DNA of 64,000 nucleotides from Chloroflexota bacterium (GTDB lineage Bacteria; Chloroflexota; Anaerolineae; UBA2200): NCBI GenBank assembly GCA_014360905.1, contig JACIWW010000001.1, positions 146,692 to 210,691 of the forward strand, read 5' to 3'. Shown piece by piece: positions 21,022 to 30,383 of this stretch (position 1 is its first letter; each line of letters starts with the position of its first letter). The notes under the pieces were generated by a model. It saw only the letters and a program-made list of their open reading frames with translations, ran no database searches and was not told where the DNA came from. The position numbers and the translations under genes were made by a program.

Positions 21022-24000
21022 GGATTCTGAAGTTGCTTGTTCTTGTATTTGTCGTGTTCGCTCTCAATTTAGGAAACCTCCGCATGGAGGTAACGCCTGT
21101 CGCAGAACACGAGAGCCTGCCCGTGCAGCGAACTGACAGCAAGTCCTGGCTACAGGTACGGGAAACTGCGACGCCAACTGACACGGTCATCCGACCAACG
21201 CGTACGCCCACGCCCACCGACACGGTCATCCGGCCGACGCGCACACCCACACCCACGGATACCTTCGTCGGGCCAACGCACACCTTCACTCCTGTTGGTC
21301 CTGACGTCAAACCGCCTACCCCTACCGACACCACCGTTCTGCCCACACGCACGCGTACACCCACGCCCACCTTCACTCCTGTTGGCCCTGACACCGGACC
21401 GACGTGGACTGCCACGCCTACCAACACCACCGTCGTGCCCACGCCAACGCACACGCGGCCCGTCGAATTCATCCCGCGTACCTTCAGCGGGGTCGTCTAC
21501 CTAGGTGAGCCGGGCAATCGGGCGCACCCCTTACCCGACATTACTGTGCACCTCTTGAAAGCACCGATCTACTGCGACATAGGCACACTCGTGACTACGG
21601 TGCGCACCGATGGGTTAGGACGCTTCGTGCTCGAATCGGCCATTCCGTCAAGCGATGAGGAGCTCTATCTCAACCTGGCTCTGGGAAACGAAGATATCCA
21701 TGTAGCTGGCGCGAACTCGCAGAGCGGCGGCCGCCTCACCAGCGAGGGCTGGCTGCAGTTTGAGCAGGTTGGGTCCGGTGTCTACGACAGCAACGAGTTC
21801 TTTGTCACATCTCTCGTCGGTCAACGACTGCTCACGTTCCCTGCGGTCGCTGACGCGCACATCAGCCAGGGTTCGCCCAGCAGCAACTACGGTAACTCCA
21901 GCATGCTGCACACGAGTTACACGGCCGGCGCTACTCCCCTGTCGGAGCAAGCCTTGCTCTTCTTCGACCTTTCGGCCATCCCCTGGAACACCGAGGTCCT
22001 TAAAGCCACACTGCACGTCTATTTGCAGGAAGCAGGGGGAGACGCCAAGGTGTGCATGGCAGTGCACGCAATTCAAGAGGAATGGTGCGAGGGACCCCTG
22101 TGCTGGATTCTGCCACCTGTCACGTGGAACAAACAGCCTGGCCACGCCTTGGTTGCCAGCGCTGACCAGGTTGTAGGCCTGGAGCCCGGCTACCGGGTTT
22201 GGGACGCGACCGCGCTGGTCCAGGAGTGGGTCAGCCACCCTGCCTGGAACTATGGCATGGCTCTACTCGGCGAGGAGAAGGGCGCTGGCTGGACGCGCAT
22301 CTTTTCCAGTCGCGAGGGCAGCAATCCCCCTTACCTGACCGTTTATGTCCCGTTGGGCACGCACATTGTGACTCCCACCCCCACCAAATCGCCCACGCCC
22401 ATTGCCCTGGATTTGCAGGTAGATGCCATCGAAGTAACACAGTCCATCCAGTGCAAGGACAACCCCAACTGCCCAGACAATGCCGTGCCCATGGTTGCCG
22501 GGAAGATGACCTTTGCCCGCGTGTACATCAAGGTCAGCGGCTCCATGCAAGACGTACCCAATGTTTCGGCGCGGGCCATTGCCAAGGTAGGCGGGCAACA
22601 GCTCACTGCCTGGCCTATCAACCCCACCATTACTGCCAAATTGACCCCCGACCGAGCGCAGTTCAACGACACCCTCAACTTTTACCTCCACGGCGTGTCT
22701 AGTTCGGGAACATTGGAAGTGGAGGTGAATCCATTTGGCACCATTCCCGAGAGCAACTATAACAACAACAAAAAGACGGTGAACCTCAACTTCGTCACCA
22801 CCCCTCCCCTGCGCATCGTGCCCATCTGGATCTGGTACGCAGAGGGTGGAAAGAACGAGATCGTAGACTGGACCATGCCTGGGAACCTGCAGGGCTACCT
22901 GAAAAAGGTGCTACCGGTGGGGGACATCCAGTGGTACTTGCCCCCGAATCCTGTGCTGAACTGGAGCCAGGCGATCGGACCGGAGCAAGCAAGCTGGAGC
23001 GAACTCTTGGCGAAGATCAATGACCTAAGGAACAAGAATCCCTCGATGCCATCCGATGCACACTGGTATGGTATGATACCGTTCAAGGTAGCTCAGGGCA
23101 GCATCTCCGGCCTTGCCTACATGGCAGGCCATGCTGCCATTGGCCGCGTGCCCGTGCAACACGAGAACCTGGAGGATGGCGCCGACATTCTGGTGCACGA
23201 GCTAGGACACAACTTTAACCGGGGGCATGCCCCCTGTGGACTACCCGATGGCGAGGTAGCAGCGCCCTACCCTTATGCCAATGCCATAATCGCCGACTAT
23301 GGCTGGGATTGGAACTTTGCCGGCGGGGACAAGGTGCCATCGTATCCCGATGGCTACGTGGTGCCCAAGACCTCGTATGACTTGATGAGTTATTGCCAAG
23401 ACGAATGGGTGTCGGAGTACACCTATCGCGCCATACTGTCTTACCGTGGGAGCACGGCGGCAGCCAGCAAGGCAGAGGATGATAGAGCAAGCGTTCAAAT
23501 GAGAGACTCGCACGGCTCGAACGCTGATCTGCGGCCTTATCTATTCGCTTCGGGCTTCATCGGTGCAGGAGAGGCCAGTCTTGATCCATGGTCCATCCTG
23601 GAGCGCCCGGCTGGCTCCCACGACGGACCAGGCACGGGACCATATCAACTGCACCTGCTGGCGGAGAATGGTTCGACCCTGTTCGAGCGCCGCTTTAACG
23701 TGCAGGCTACGACGCACACTCTGCTGCCGGGGGCGACAGCGCCGGGAACGCAGAACAGCAGCCTTCCGTTTTACGAGATCCTGCCTTGGTACCCTGACAC
23801 AGCCAGGATTCAGATCCGGCAGGGGGAGCAGCTCTTGGCAGAGCGGATCGTCAGCGCGCACCCACCGACGGTAGAACTGACTTTGCCTCAGGGTGGGGAA
23901 CTGTGGGTTCCCGACGGGCAGTACCACATTGAATGGCAAGCTAGTGATCCAGATAGCAGCGTGTTATGGTTCGACGTGGCTTTCAGCCGCGACAATGGCG

Positions 24001-24674
24001 AAACCTGGGAGGTTGTCGCCACCCGCCTGCAGGAGCCAGAGTTACTAGTGCGCGGAGATCAGTTCCCAGGCACGGAGACAGCACGAGTCAGAGTCTACGC
24101 CTCGGATGGAGTGCGCACGTCCAGTGCAACAAGTGAGCCATTTGCAGTGCAGCGCAAGCCGCCGCAGGTCTTTATCGCCGTGCCGGAGAACGGCCTAGTG
24201 GTTCCTCCGGGGACATCCTTGATGCTGAGCGGTCTCGTTTTCGACCGGGAGGATAGCCCCCTTGCTGACTTGCTCATGCACTGGTACTCTGACCGCGATG
24301 GCCCACTGGGCAGCGGAGACGAGATAATGGTGCAATCGCTGTCATCGGGCAAGCATGTCATTACACTCACGGCTGTTGACAGTGACAGCATGGAGAGCAG
24401 CGCCCAAGTTACCGTCTTTATCGGTTACCAGTTGCACTTGCCGGTGCTCTTGAAGATATTCCCACCGCCGCCGACTGGCTTCACTGACCACTTTGAGGAC
24501 GGCACACTCACTGGCTGGACGCCTAACCTCGGATTGTGGACCAATTCTGGCTATCGCATGCGTGGCGAATACACACTGGGCAACGCCTGGAACATCAGGA
24601 ACGTCAGCGCCATAAAAACGTTTTCAAGATCAGCAAGCGAGCGCCTTACTAGGGTCTGGCCAGTCAATCCATGA
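21018..24674 (+). CDS. Secreted multidomain protein: signal/TM anchor, Thr/Pro-rich linker, DNRLRE domain, metzincin-like zinc metallopeptidase domain (HELGHNFNRGH), C-terminal Ig/FN3-like domains
   Basis: Hydrophobic N-terminus MRILKLLVLVFVVFALNL followed by PTPTDTVIRPTRT repeats. FFDLSAIPW...WCEGPLCW..VTWNKQPG matches the DNRLRE-domain hallmarks. ILVHELGHNFNRGHAPCGLPD with DLMSYC about 60 aa later resembles an HExxHxxxxxH zinc site plus a Met-turn, similar to M66 HEVGHNYGLGH. RBS GGAAGGAGAG. Confidence 0.65.
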   Translation: MRILKLLVLVFVVFALNLGNLRMEVTPVAEHESLPVQRTDSKSWLQVRETATPTDTVIRPTRTPTPTDTVIRPTRTPTPTDTFVGPTHTFTPVGPDVKPPTPTDTTVLPTRTRTPTPTFTPVGPDTGPTWTATPTNTTVVPTPTHTRPVEFIPRTFSGVVYLGEPGNRAHPLPDITVHLLKAPIYCDIGTLVTTVRTDGLGRFVLESAIPSSDEELYLNLALGNEDIHVAGANSQSGGRLTSEGWLQFEQVGSGVYDSNEFFVTSLVGQRLLTFPAVADAHISQGSPSSNYGNSSMLHTSYTAGATPLSEQALLFFDLSAIPWNTEVLKATLHVYLQEAGGDAKVCMAVHAIQEEWCEGPLCWILPPVTWNKQPGHALVASADQVVGLEPGYRVWDATALVQEWVSHPAWNYGMALLGEEKGAGWTRIFSSREGSNPPYLTVYVPLGTHIVTPTPTKSPTPIALDLQVDAIEVTQSIQCKDNPNCPDNAVPMVAGKMTFARVYIKVSGSMQDVPNVSARAIAKVGGQQLTAWPINPTITAKLTPDRAQFNDTLNFYLHGVSSSGTLEVEVNPFGTIPESNYNNNKKTVNLNFVTTPPLRIVPIWIWYAEGGKNEIVDWTMPGNLQGYLKKVLPVGDIQWYLPPNPVLNWSQAIGPEQASWSELLAKINDLRNKNPSMPSDAHWYGMIPFKVAQGSISGLAYMAGHAAIGRVPVQHENLEDGADILVHELGHNFNRGHAPCGLPDGEVAAPYPYANAIIADYGWDWNFAGGDKVPSYPDGYVVPKTSYDLMSYCQDEWVSEYTYRAILSYRGSTAAASKAEDDRASVQMRDSHGSNADLRPYLFASGFIGAGEASLDPWSILERPAGSHDGPGTGPYQLHLLAENGSTLFERRFNVQATTHTLLPGATAPGTQNSSLPFYEILPWYPDTARIQIRQGEQLLAERIVSAHPPTVELTLPQGGELWVPDGQYHIEWQASDPDSSVLWFDVAFSRDNGETWEVVATRLQEPELLVRGDQFPGTETARVRVYASDGVRTSSATSEPFAVQRKPPQVFIAVPENGLVVPPGTSLMLSGLVFDREDSPLADLLMHWYSDRDGPLGSGDEIMVQSLSSGKHVITLTAVDSDSMESSAQVTVFIGYQLHLPVLLKIFPPPPTGFTDHFEDGTLTGWTPNLGLWTNSGYRMRGEYTLGNAWNIRNVSAIKTFSRSASERLTRVWPVNP
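21160..21440 (+). repeat. Tandem repeat encoding a Thr/Pro-rich linker (PTPTDTVIRPTRT units)
   Basis: ccgacacggtcatccg(a/g)cc(a/g)acgcg(t/c)ac(g/a)cccac(g/a)cccac reiterated, creating spurious antisense ORFs. Confidence 0.6.
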
Positions 24675-24707
24675 CAGTACAACGCAATCATCCTTACTGC
24701 TTCCGGG

Positions 24708-24726
24708 TCGTTGCCGTGGGCAACGA
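24708..24726. terminator. Bidirectional hairpin between convergent genes (tCGTTGCC-gtg-GGCAACGa)
   Basis: 8-bp perfect stem with a 3-nt loop, lying between the stop at 24674 on + and the stop at 24754 on -. Confidence 0.4.
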
Positions 24727-24753
24727 GATCGAAGCCTAAGGGTGAGCAGCCGT

Positions 24754-25836
24754 CTAGCCATGGCCAAAGTGCTCTTGATTCCAGCGATAGCCTTCGTCCA
24801 GCATGGCCAGATAATTGCGCACCGGGATGTAACTGGCCACGCTGTTGCCGCTGCCTAGGCAATACCCGCCGCGCAGCCCGCAGAAGTCGAGTATTTGACG
24901 CGTCCTGATCCGTACCTCTTCCTCTGTGCCACGACCAAGGACATCCATATCTACGCCGCCTAGCATAGAAATGCGCTCCCCCCAGCGGCGGCTGGCTTCT
25001 TCCACAGGCATGATCTTGTCCTGAAAAGAGTGCTTGCCGTCTATGCCCACGTACTCAATCAAATCATCCATGATTGCCGTGATATTGCCGCAGGAATGCA
25101 AGAGGAAGGGCAATCCCTTGGCATGGGTGATATCCACCAACTTCTTCTGGATGGGAAACACATACTGGCGCAAGTGGCGCGGTGAGATCATGGTGGAGTT
25201 GGTAAAACCCATGTCATCGCCAAAGAAGTAAGCCCCCACACCCGGGATATCCACTGCAGTAGCGCACGCTGCCGTGGTTAGTTCCTCGATCTTGGCGAAC
25301 ATGGCCTCAATCAGGTCTGGCTGTTCCATCAATGCGAAGGCAAAGGGTTGGTAACCCATCATCCACATCACCCACTCCAGCACGCCACCACCGCTTTGCG
25401 CAATTACCTGCATCCCTTCGGGGAGATGCTGCGCCGTGTACTCGATTGCCCAGTAGTCAATATCTTGCACCGAGGGCCACGGATAGGACTCGAACTCAGC
25501 CCAGGAAGTGATCACACCCTGGGTCTCGTTCTGCCAATAGCGCATGGCGCCATCAACTGCCGTATCCTCCGCCGTTACGATGGCCCGGTTCAGGGGGATG
25601 ACGAGGATGGCACAAACGTAATCGTACCCTAATTGGCGGTAGAACTGGATGGTGAGGTCACAGGCACGGGCGCGCGATTCACGGTCGAATCCCGTGGGAA
25701 ACTTTTCCCCTACCACTGCCTCCATGATGGGGACATCGGCAAAAAGTTCGATGAAGGGAACACGGCCAGGAGGTCCCTGCCGCAATAAAGTGCGTCGGAG
25801 ATGTCCAAAATCGGGGATATGTTTGAAAGTGACCAT
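24754..25836 (-). CDS. Uroporphyrinogen decarboxylase (URO-D/MtaA-like) family protein, function unknown
   Basis: 360 aa with URO-D-fold hallmarks (...GGGVLEWVMWMMGYQPFAFALMEQPDLIEAMF... FFGDDMG ... LHSCGN...). RBS AAAGGAGCAAATGAC. Confidence 0.65.
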   Translation of the reverse strand: MVTFKHIPDFGHLRRTLLRQGPPGRVPFIELFADVPIMEAVVGEKFPTGFDRESRARACDLTIQFYRQLGYDYVCAILVIPLNRAIVTAEDTAVDGAMRYWQNETQGVITSWAEFESYPWPSVQDIDYWAIEYTAQHLPEGMQVIAQSGGGVLEWVMWMMGYQPFAFALMEQPDLIEAMFAKIEELTTAACATAVDIPGVGAYFFGDDMGFTNSTMISPRHLRQYVFPIQKKLVDITHAKGLPFLLHSCGNITAIMDDLIEYVGIDGKHSFQDKIMPVEEASRRWGERISMLGGVDMDVLGRGTEEEVRIRTRQILDFCGLRGGYCLGSGNSVASYIPVRNYLAMLDEGYRWNQEHFGHG

Positions 25837-25934
25837 GTCATTTGCTCCTTTGCTCAGTAGTCATTGCCTTTTCTACACCCGAGACCATTATGCGCCCCTT
25901 GCGGTGTGCAGTCAAACAATGCACAGCAAGGGAT

Positions 25935-25975
25935 TTGACAATTCGCCCTATTTATACTATAATTTAAGCGCTTAA
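25935..25975 (+). promoter_or_regulatory. Consensus sigma70 promoter (TTGACA-N17-TATAAT) with abutting palindromic LacI-type operator TTAAGCGCTTAA
   Basis: TTGACA at about 25935-25940, TATAAT at about 25958-25963, and a perfect 12-bp palindrome at about 25964-25975, immediately upstream of the lacI-family gene at 25992. Confidence 0.5.
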
Positions 25976-25991
25976 GCAAATCGGAGGGTCA

Positions 25992-26999
25992 ATGGTGTCC
26001 ACGATTTACGATGTCGCACACGAGGCGCGGGTGTCCATCGCCACCGTCTCGTATGTTATCAACAACAAGAATCGCGTCAGCCCCAAAACGGCTGAACGTG
26101 TCCGCGAGGCCATGCGCCGGCTGAACTATCAGCCCAAGATCGCGGCCCGTGCCCTAGCGCGTGGGTGCACCAATACCATTGCTCTAGTCGCACCCCTGGA
26201 CATCTACGGCTATCAGATGTCGCTCATCACCGTCATGAATGCCATCGGACATACCTTGGCCACCACCGATTACCGTCTGTTCATCCACCCGACTCTGAAT
26301 CGTCCCGAGGCTTGGATGGAATTGGAAGCGGATGTGAGGGGCAAGCAGATGGACGGTGTTATCCTCATGCATGTGCAAATGCAAGACCCCCGCGTGGACT
26401 TGCTGCGCCGTTCCAAGATGCCTTTTGTGATGATTGGTCGCTGCGCGGACAACACTGGCTTGTACTATGTAGATACGGATATCGAGGCAGTGGCACACCT
26501 CGCTGTTGATTACCTACACAGCCTGGGGCATCGGCACATTGCCCTACTGGGCGAACGGCGCGAAGCCGGGGTATCGGTGCGCCTCGTGACTGGCTACCGG
26601 CAGGGCATGGAAGATTGTGGCTTGGAGATCCGAGAGGAATTCATCGTCCATGTCGCCGGCACTCCTGCGGCGACATCTCAGGCAGCGCTGCAGCTCTTCT
26701 CGCTGCCCGACCGCCCCACGGCGGTTTTTGCCACGAGCGATGCAGCCGTGCTTGGGGTGATGAATGCCACGCGCATTCTGGGACTGAGGATACCGCAGGA
26801 TGTAGCCGTTATTGGCTATGCCGAAAGCCCGCTCTACCCATTCCTAGAACCACCTTGCAGCGTCGCCTTCGAGGGTGTCGCTGACTTAGGGCGTCTGGCG
26901 GCGGAAATGCTGGTTTCTTTGCTGCATGGCAAGGAACCAGAACAAACCCAGATATTGGTGCCGCCCAGGCTCATTGTTCGTGCCTCTACCGAGGCTTAG
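25992..26999 (+). CDS. LacI family transcriptional regulator
   Basis: N-terminal HTH TIYDVAHEARVSIATVSYVINN plus a periplasmic-binding-fold core. RBS GGAGGG. Confidence 0.85.
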   Translation: MVSTIYDVAHEARVSIATVSYVINNKNRVSPKTAERVREAMRRLNYQPKIAARALARGCTNTIALVAPLDIYGYQMSLITVMNAIGHTLATTDYRLFIHPTLNRPEAWMELEADVRGKQMDGVILMHVQMQDPRVDLLRRSKMPFVMIGRCADNTGLYYVDTDIEAVAHLAVDYLHSLGHRHIALLGERREAGVSVRLVTGYRQGMEDCGLEIREEFIVHVAGTPAATSQAALQLFSLPDRPTAVFATSDAAVLGVMNATRILGLRIPQDVAVIGYAESPLYPFLEPPCSVAFEGVADLGRLAAEMLVSLLHGKEPEQTQILVPPRLIVRASTEA

Positions 27000-27073
27000 C
27001 AAGAATGAGGTTTCTGCCATGGACAAAAGGAGGTGAAGCAAGGGCAAAAAGTTTCTGACAAGGTTTGTAGCAA

Positions 27074-27095
27074 GTACTTTCAGCGCTTCAAGTAC
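27074..27095 (+). promoter_or_regulatory. Imperfect 22-bp palindrome GTACTTtcAGCGCTtcAAGTAC, candidate LacI operator upstream of the ABC transporter operon
   Basis: 18 of 22 positions are symmetric around a central C|G, and it shares the AGCGCT core with the 25964 operator. It lies about 55 nt upstream of the SBP start codon. Confidence 0.4.
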
Positions 27096-27148
27096 GGAGA
27101 GCGCATCCTACTAACTTTGAACGATAAACTTGTAAGGAGGAAGAAAAA

Positions 27149-28477
27149 ATGCATCGCATACACCGTTTCGTTTTGCTCGTTTCCATCGTCGCGTTGTTTG
27201 CGGGTACCGTGGGCGGGTGTGCACCAAAACCAACCCCCACCCCTGTTCCGCCACCAACCAAGGCGCCAACCCAACCGTCAGCGCCAGCAGCTACACCCGT
27301 GCCTCCTTCCCCGACTAAGCCGCCGGTCAAGCTGACGGTGTGGATCAACGATCGCGTTGGTGCGCCAGGGATGGAAGCAACGCATAAGGTCATCGAGGAG
27401 TGGGCGAAAGAGACAGGCAACCAGGTCGAGGTCGTAGATATTGGATATTTCGACATGCTGGAGAAAATCCCTGTGGCTTTCCCCGCAGGCGAGGGACCAG
27501 ACCTGTTCATGATCACGAACAACGGCGCCGGTGGAAACTACCCAGGTGGGCTGATCGCCCCCATAGACGAGGCCTTGTCCTCTAGCGAAAGAGCCAAGTA
27601 CACCCAGGCTGCCATTGATGCCTTCATCATTGACGGACATCTCATTGGCGTGCCCATCTGCGCCGATGTCTATGCGCTACTGTACAACAAGAACCTCATC
27701 AGCGAACCGCCCAAGACCATGGCCGAGTTGATTGCTAAAGCCAAAGAGTTGACCAAAGGGGATAGCTATGGCCTCCTCTACACCGTTGACCAGTTCTGGT
27801 TCAGTTACTGCTTCTGGGCCGGTTATGGCGGCTACGTCTTCAAGTGGACGGGCAGCGGTTGGGATACCAAGGACATCGGATTCTACAACGAGGGTGCGAT
27901 CAAGGGGCTTAACTTTGTGCGCGACCTCGTTCAGGTGCACAATCTCATGCCCCCCGATGTCACCTGGGATGTGATGAACAGTCTGTTTACCGAGGGCAAA
28001 GCAGCCATGATCATCACTCATCCCAACATGGTGTCTGTGTTCCAAGATGCTGGGGTGGATGTCGGCGTGGCGCGCATTCCCATGCTGGACAACGGCAAGT
28101 ATCCGCATCCATTCGCCACGTTCACCGGCTTTTCCGTGAACGCCTACTCCAAGCATAAGGAAGAAGCAATGGCTTTGGCTGCCTATTTGGGGAAGAGTCT
28201 GCCCGTTCCCCTTTACACAGCCAACCCTGGCAACATCCCAGTCCATGAGGATGCGCTCAAAGACCCGAGCCTGACCCAGGATGCAGCGCTAGCCGCCTGG
28301 ATGAGCCAGCTCGAAGAGAGCGATCCGCTTCCCAGCATCAACGAGATGAACATGGTCTGGCTGCCCGCCATCACTGCCTTCCAGACCGTGGTGCATGGCC
28401 AGGCCACGGCAGAAGAGGCTTTGAAAGCAGCACAAGATCAGATCGTGCAGGCCATTGCTGAGGCACAGAAACAATAA
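27149..28477 (+). CDS. ABC transporter substrate-binding lipoprotein (family 1, sugar/maltodextrin-type)
   Basis: Lipoprotein signal ...LFAGTVGGCAPKPTPTP followed by a Pro/Thr linker and a MalE-like fold. RBS AAGGAGG. Confidence 0.85.
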   Translation: MHRIHRFVLLVSIVALFAGTVGGCAPKPTPTPVPPPTKAPTQPSAPAATPVPPSPTKPPVKLTVWINDRVGAPGMEATHKVIEEWAKETGNQVEVVDIGYFDMLEKIPVAFPAGEGPDLFMITNNGAGGNYPGGLIAPIDEALSSSERAKYTQAAIDAFIIDGHLIGVPICADVYALLYNKNLISEPPKTMAELIAKAKELTKGDSYGLLYTVDQFWFSYCFWAGYGGYVFKWTGSGWDTKDIGFYNEGAIKGLNFVRDLVQVHNLMPPDVTWDVMNSLFTEGKAAMIITHPNMVSVFQDAGVDVGVARIPMLDNGKYPHPFATFTGFSVNAYSKHKEEAMALAAYLGKSLPVPLYTANPGNIPVHEDALKDPSLTQDAALAAWMSQLEESDPLPSINEMNMVWLPAITAFQTVVHGQATAEEALKAAQDQIVQAIAEAQKQ

Positions 28478-28576
28478 GCTCACCGCTATCCAGACCTTGG
28501 CCCCCTTCGCCTTGCGTGGGCGAGACGAGACTCTCGTCTCGCCCACGCTCTCTGAGTAGATTTAGGAGGAATAGAC

Positions 28577-29515
28577 ATGGTAACGGCTGTCAAAAGGCAA
28601 CCGATGGGCAGAAAGATATACCCTTATCTCTACCTTCTGCCTGGCCTCCTAGCCATGCTGGTTACAACCTTCATCCCTGCAGTCGTCTCGGTTATCTTGG
28701 CTTTCACCAACTACAGCGTGCTTCACCTGCAGGACTGGAGGTTCATTGGGCTGCGTAACTTTGAGAAAATCATTCTCGGCAGCAAGCGAGCCGAATTCCT
28801 TGGCGTCTTTACCTGGACCGTCACCTGGGCTATATTGTCTACCCTTCTGGCATTTTCCACGGGACTCTTGCTCGCACTCCTACTAAACAACCGCAAGATC
28901 AAGGAGCGCAACTTGTACCGCACTGTGCTCATCCTGCCATGGGCCATGCCTTCCACCATCACCATCCTGACCTGGGCTGGACTGCTCAACACTTCCTTTG
29001 GCCCCATCAACCGCATCCTGATTCAGTTAGGGTTCAAGGCCGTGCCGTGGCTGAGCCATCCATCCTGGGTCAAGGTCACCTGCCTCATTGTCAACTTGTG
29101 GATTGGCTTCCCCTTCATGATGACCGCCTGCCTGGGAGCACTCCAAAGCATCTCAGAAGAACTGTACGATGCGGCGAAGATAGACGGGGCTGGTACATGG
29201 CAGCTGTTTCGTTATGTAACCTTTCCACTGCTGCGATCCGCCACCCTGCCCTTGCTTATCTCCAGTTTTGCCTTTCAATTCACCAATTTTAGCGTCATCT
29301 ACCTGTTGACCGGCGGTGGGCCCTACACAAATCCAGGCTCCCTGGCCGGCGCGACAGACCTGCTGGCAACCTACATGTACAAGATGGCTTTTGCTTCCAA
29401 CGACCGTGACTATGCCCTGGCCGCAGCCAACGGTATCCTTATCTTTCTAATCGTAGGCAGCCTCACCGTAATCAACTCCTGGCTCACCGGCGCATTCAAG
29501 GAGGTGGAGAGATGA
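28577..29515 (+). CDS. ABC transporter permease (MalF/UgpA-like)
   Basis: Polytopic protein with the EAA loop region ...DAAKIDGAGTWQLFRYVTFPLL. RBS GGAGGAATAG. Confidence 0.85.
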   Translation: MVTAVKRQPMGRKIYPYLYLLPGLLAMLVTTFIPAVVSVILAFTNYSVLHLQDWRFIGLRNFEKIILGSKRAEFLGVFTWTVTWAILSTLLAFSTGLLLALLLNNRKIKERNLYRTVLILPWAMPSTITILTWAGLLNTSFGPINRILIQLGFKAVPWLSHPSWVKVTCLIVNLWIGFPFMMTACLGALQSISEELYDAAKIDGAGTWQLFRYVTFPLLRSATLPLLISSFAFQFTNFSVIYLLTGGGPYTNPGSLAGATDLLATYMYKMAFASNDRDYALAAANGILIFLIVGSLTVINSWLTGAFKEVER

Positions 29516-30375
29516 GCGAGAGAACAGCGATGGTACAACGCAAACGCGTACGCTGGCGCGATGTGGTGAGCGTCAATCTAACGCGCTTGGTGCTCATCCT
29601 AGCCTGCCTCTTGACCATTTTCCCTTTGCTCTGGGTAGTAACCTCATCGTTCAACGTGGGAGCAAGCCTGTACTCCAGCACTTTGATCCCGCGCAAAATC
29701 ACTCTTATGAATTACGTCAACCTATTTCGCAAAACGAGCTTTGCCACCTGGATGAAAAACAGCGCCGTGGCTTGCATTGGCGGCAGTCTGCTGGCCCTCT
29801 CGCTGACCGTGACCATGGCCTATGCCTTCTCTCGCTTCCGCTTCTGGGGACGGCGCTATGGACTTCTGATCCTGGTCCTAATTCAAATGCTGCCCTCGGC
29901 AGCCGTCATTGTAGCCATCTTCCGCATCCTGCAAGCACTGCGCCTCTTGAACACTTTTCTGGGGCTGATCCTGGTTTACGGTGGCATCACTATCCCCTTC
30001 AATGCCTGGTTGATGCGCGGCTACTTTGACTCCATCCCACGCGAACTGGAGGAATCCGCTTATATTGATGGCGCCACACATTGGCAGGCGTTCGTGCGCA
30101 TCGCCATGCCACTGGCCATGCCCATGGTAGCGGTCACGTTTATGTTCAACCTCATCACCTTCTACAACGACTACATCTTAGCCAGCATCGTCCTCACCGG
30201 GAAGCAGAACTATACTGTAGCTTTGGGTTTGCGTTTCTTCCAAGCCCCGTATGCTTCCAACTGGACCATGTTCGCTGCTGCTTCTATCCTTGGCTCTGTG
30301 CCCATTGCCATCATTTTCTATAGCCTGCAGCGATTCCTCGTAGAAGGACTAACCAAAGGTGCGTTGAAAGGATAA
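29512..30375 (+). CDS. ABC transporter permease (MalG/UgpE-like)
   Basis: EAA loop ESAYIDGATHWQAFVRIAMP. Start overlaps the upstream stop (ATGA). Confidence 0.85.
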   Translation: MSERTAMVQRKRVRWRDVVSVNLTRLVLILACLLTIFPLLWVVTSSFNVGASLYSSTLIPRKITLMNYVNLFRKTSFATWMKNSAVACIGGSLLALSLTVTMAYAFSRFRFWGRRYGLLILVLIQMLPSAAVIVAIFRILQALRLLNTFLGLILVYGGITIPFNAWLMRGYFDSIPRELEESAYIDGATHWQAFVRIAMPLAMPMVAVTFMFNLITFYNDYILASIVLTGKQNYTVALGLRFFQAPYASNWTMFAAASILGSVPIAIIFYSLQRFLVEGLTKGALKG

Positions 30376-30383
30376 CATAGCCT

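Noticed and set aside
20972-21472. 166-aa antisense ORF over the Thr/Pro-linker region of the secreted peptidase gene
   Set aside because: It is a product of the PTPTDT tandem repeat (it translates to a VGVGVRVGR low-complexity sequence) and overlaps a strongly supported + strand CDS.
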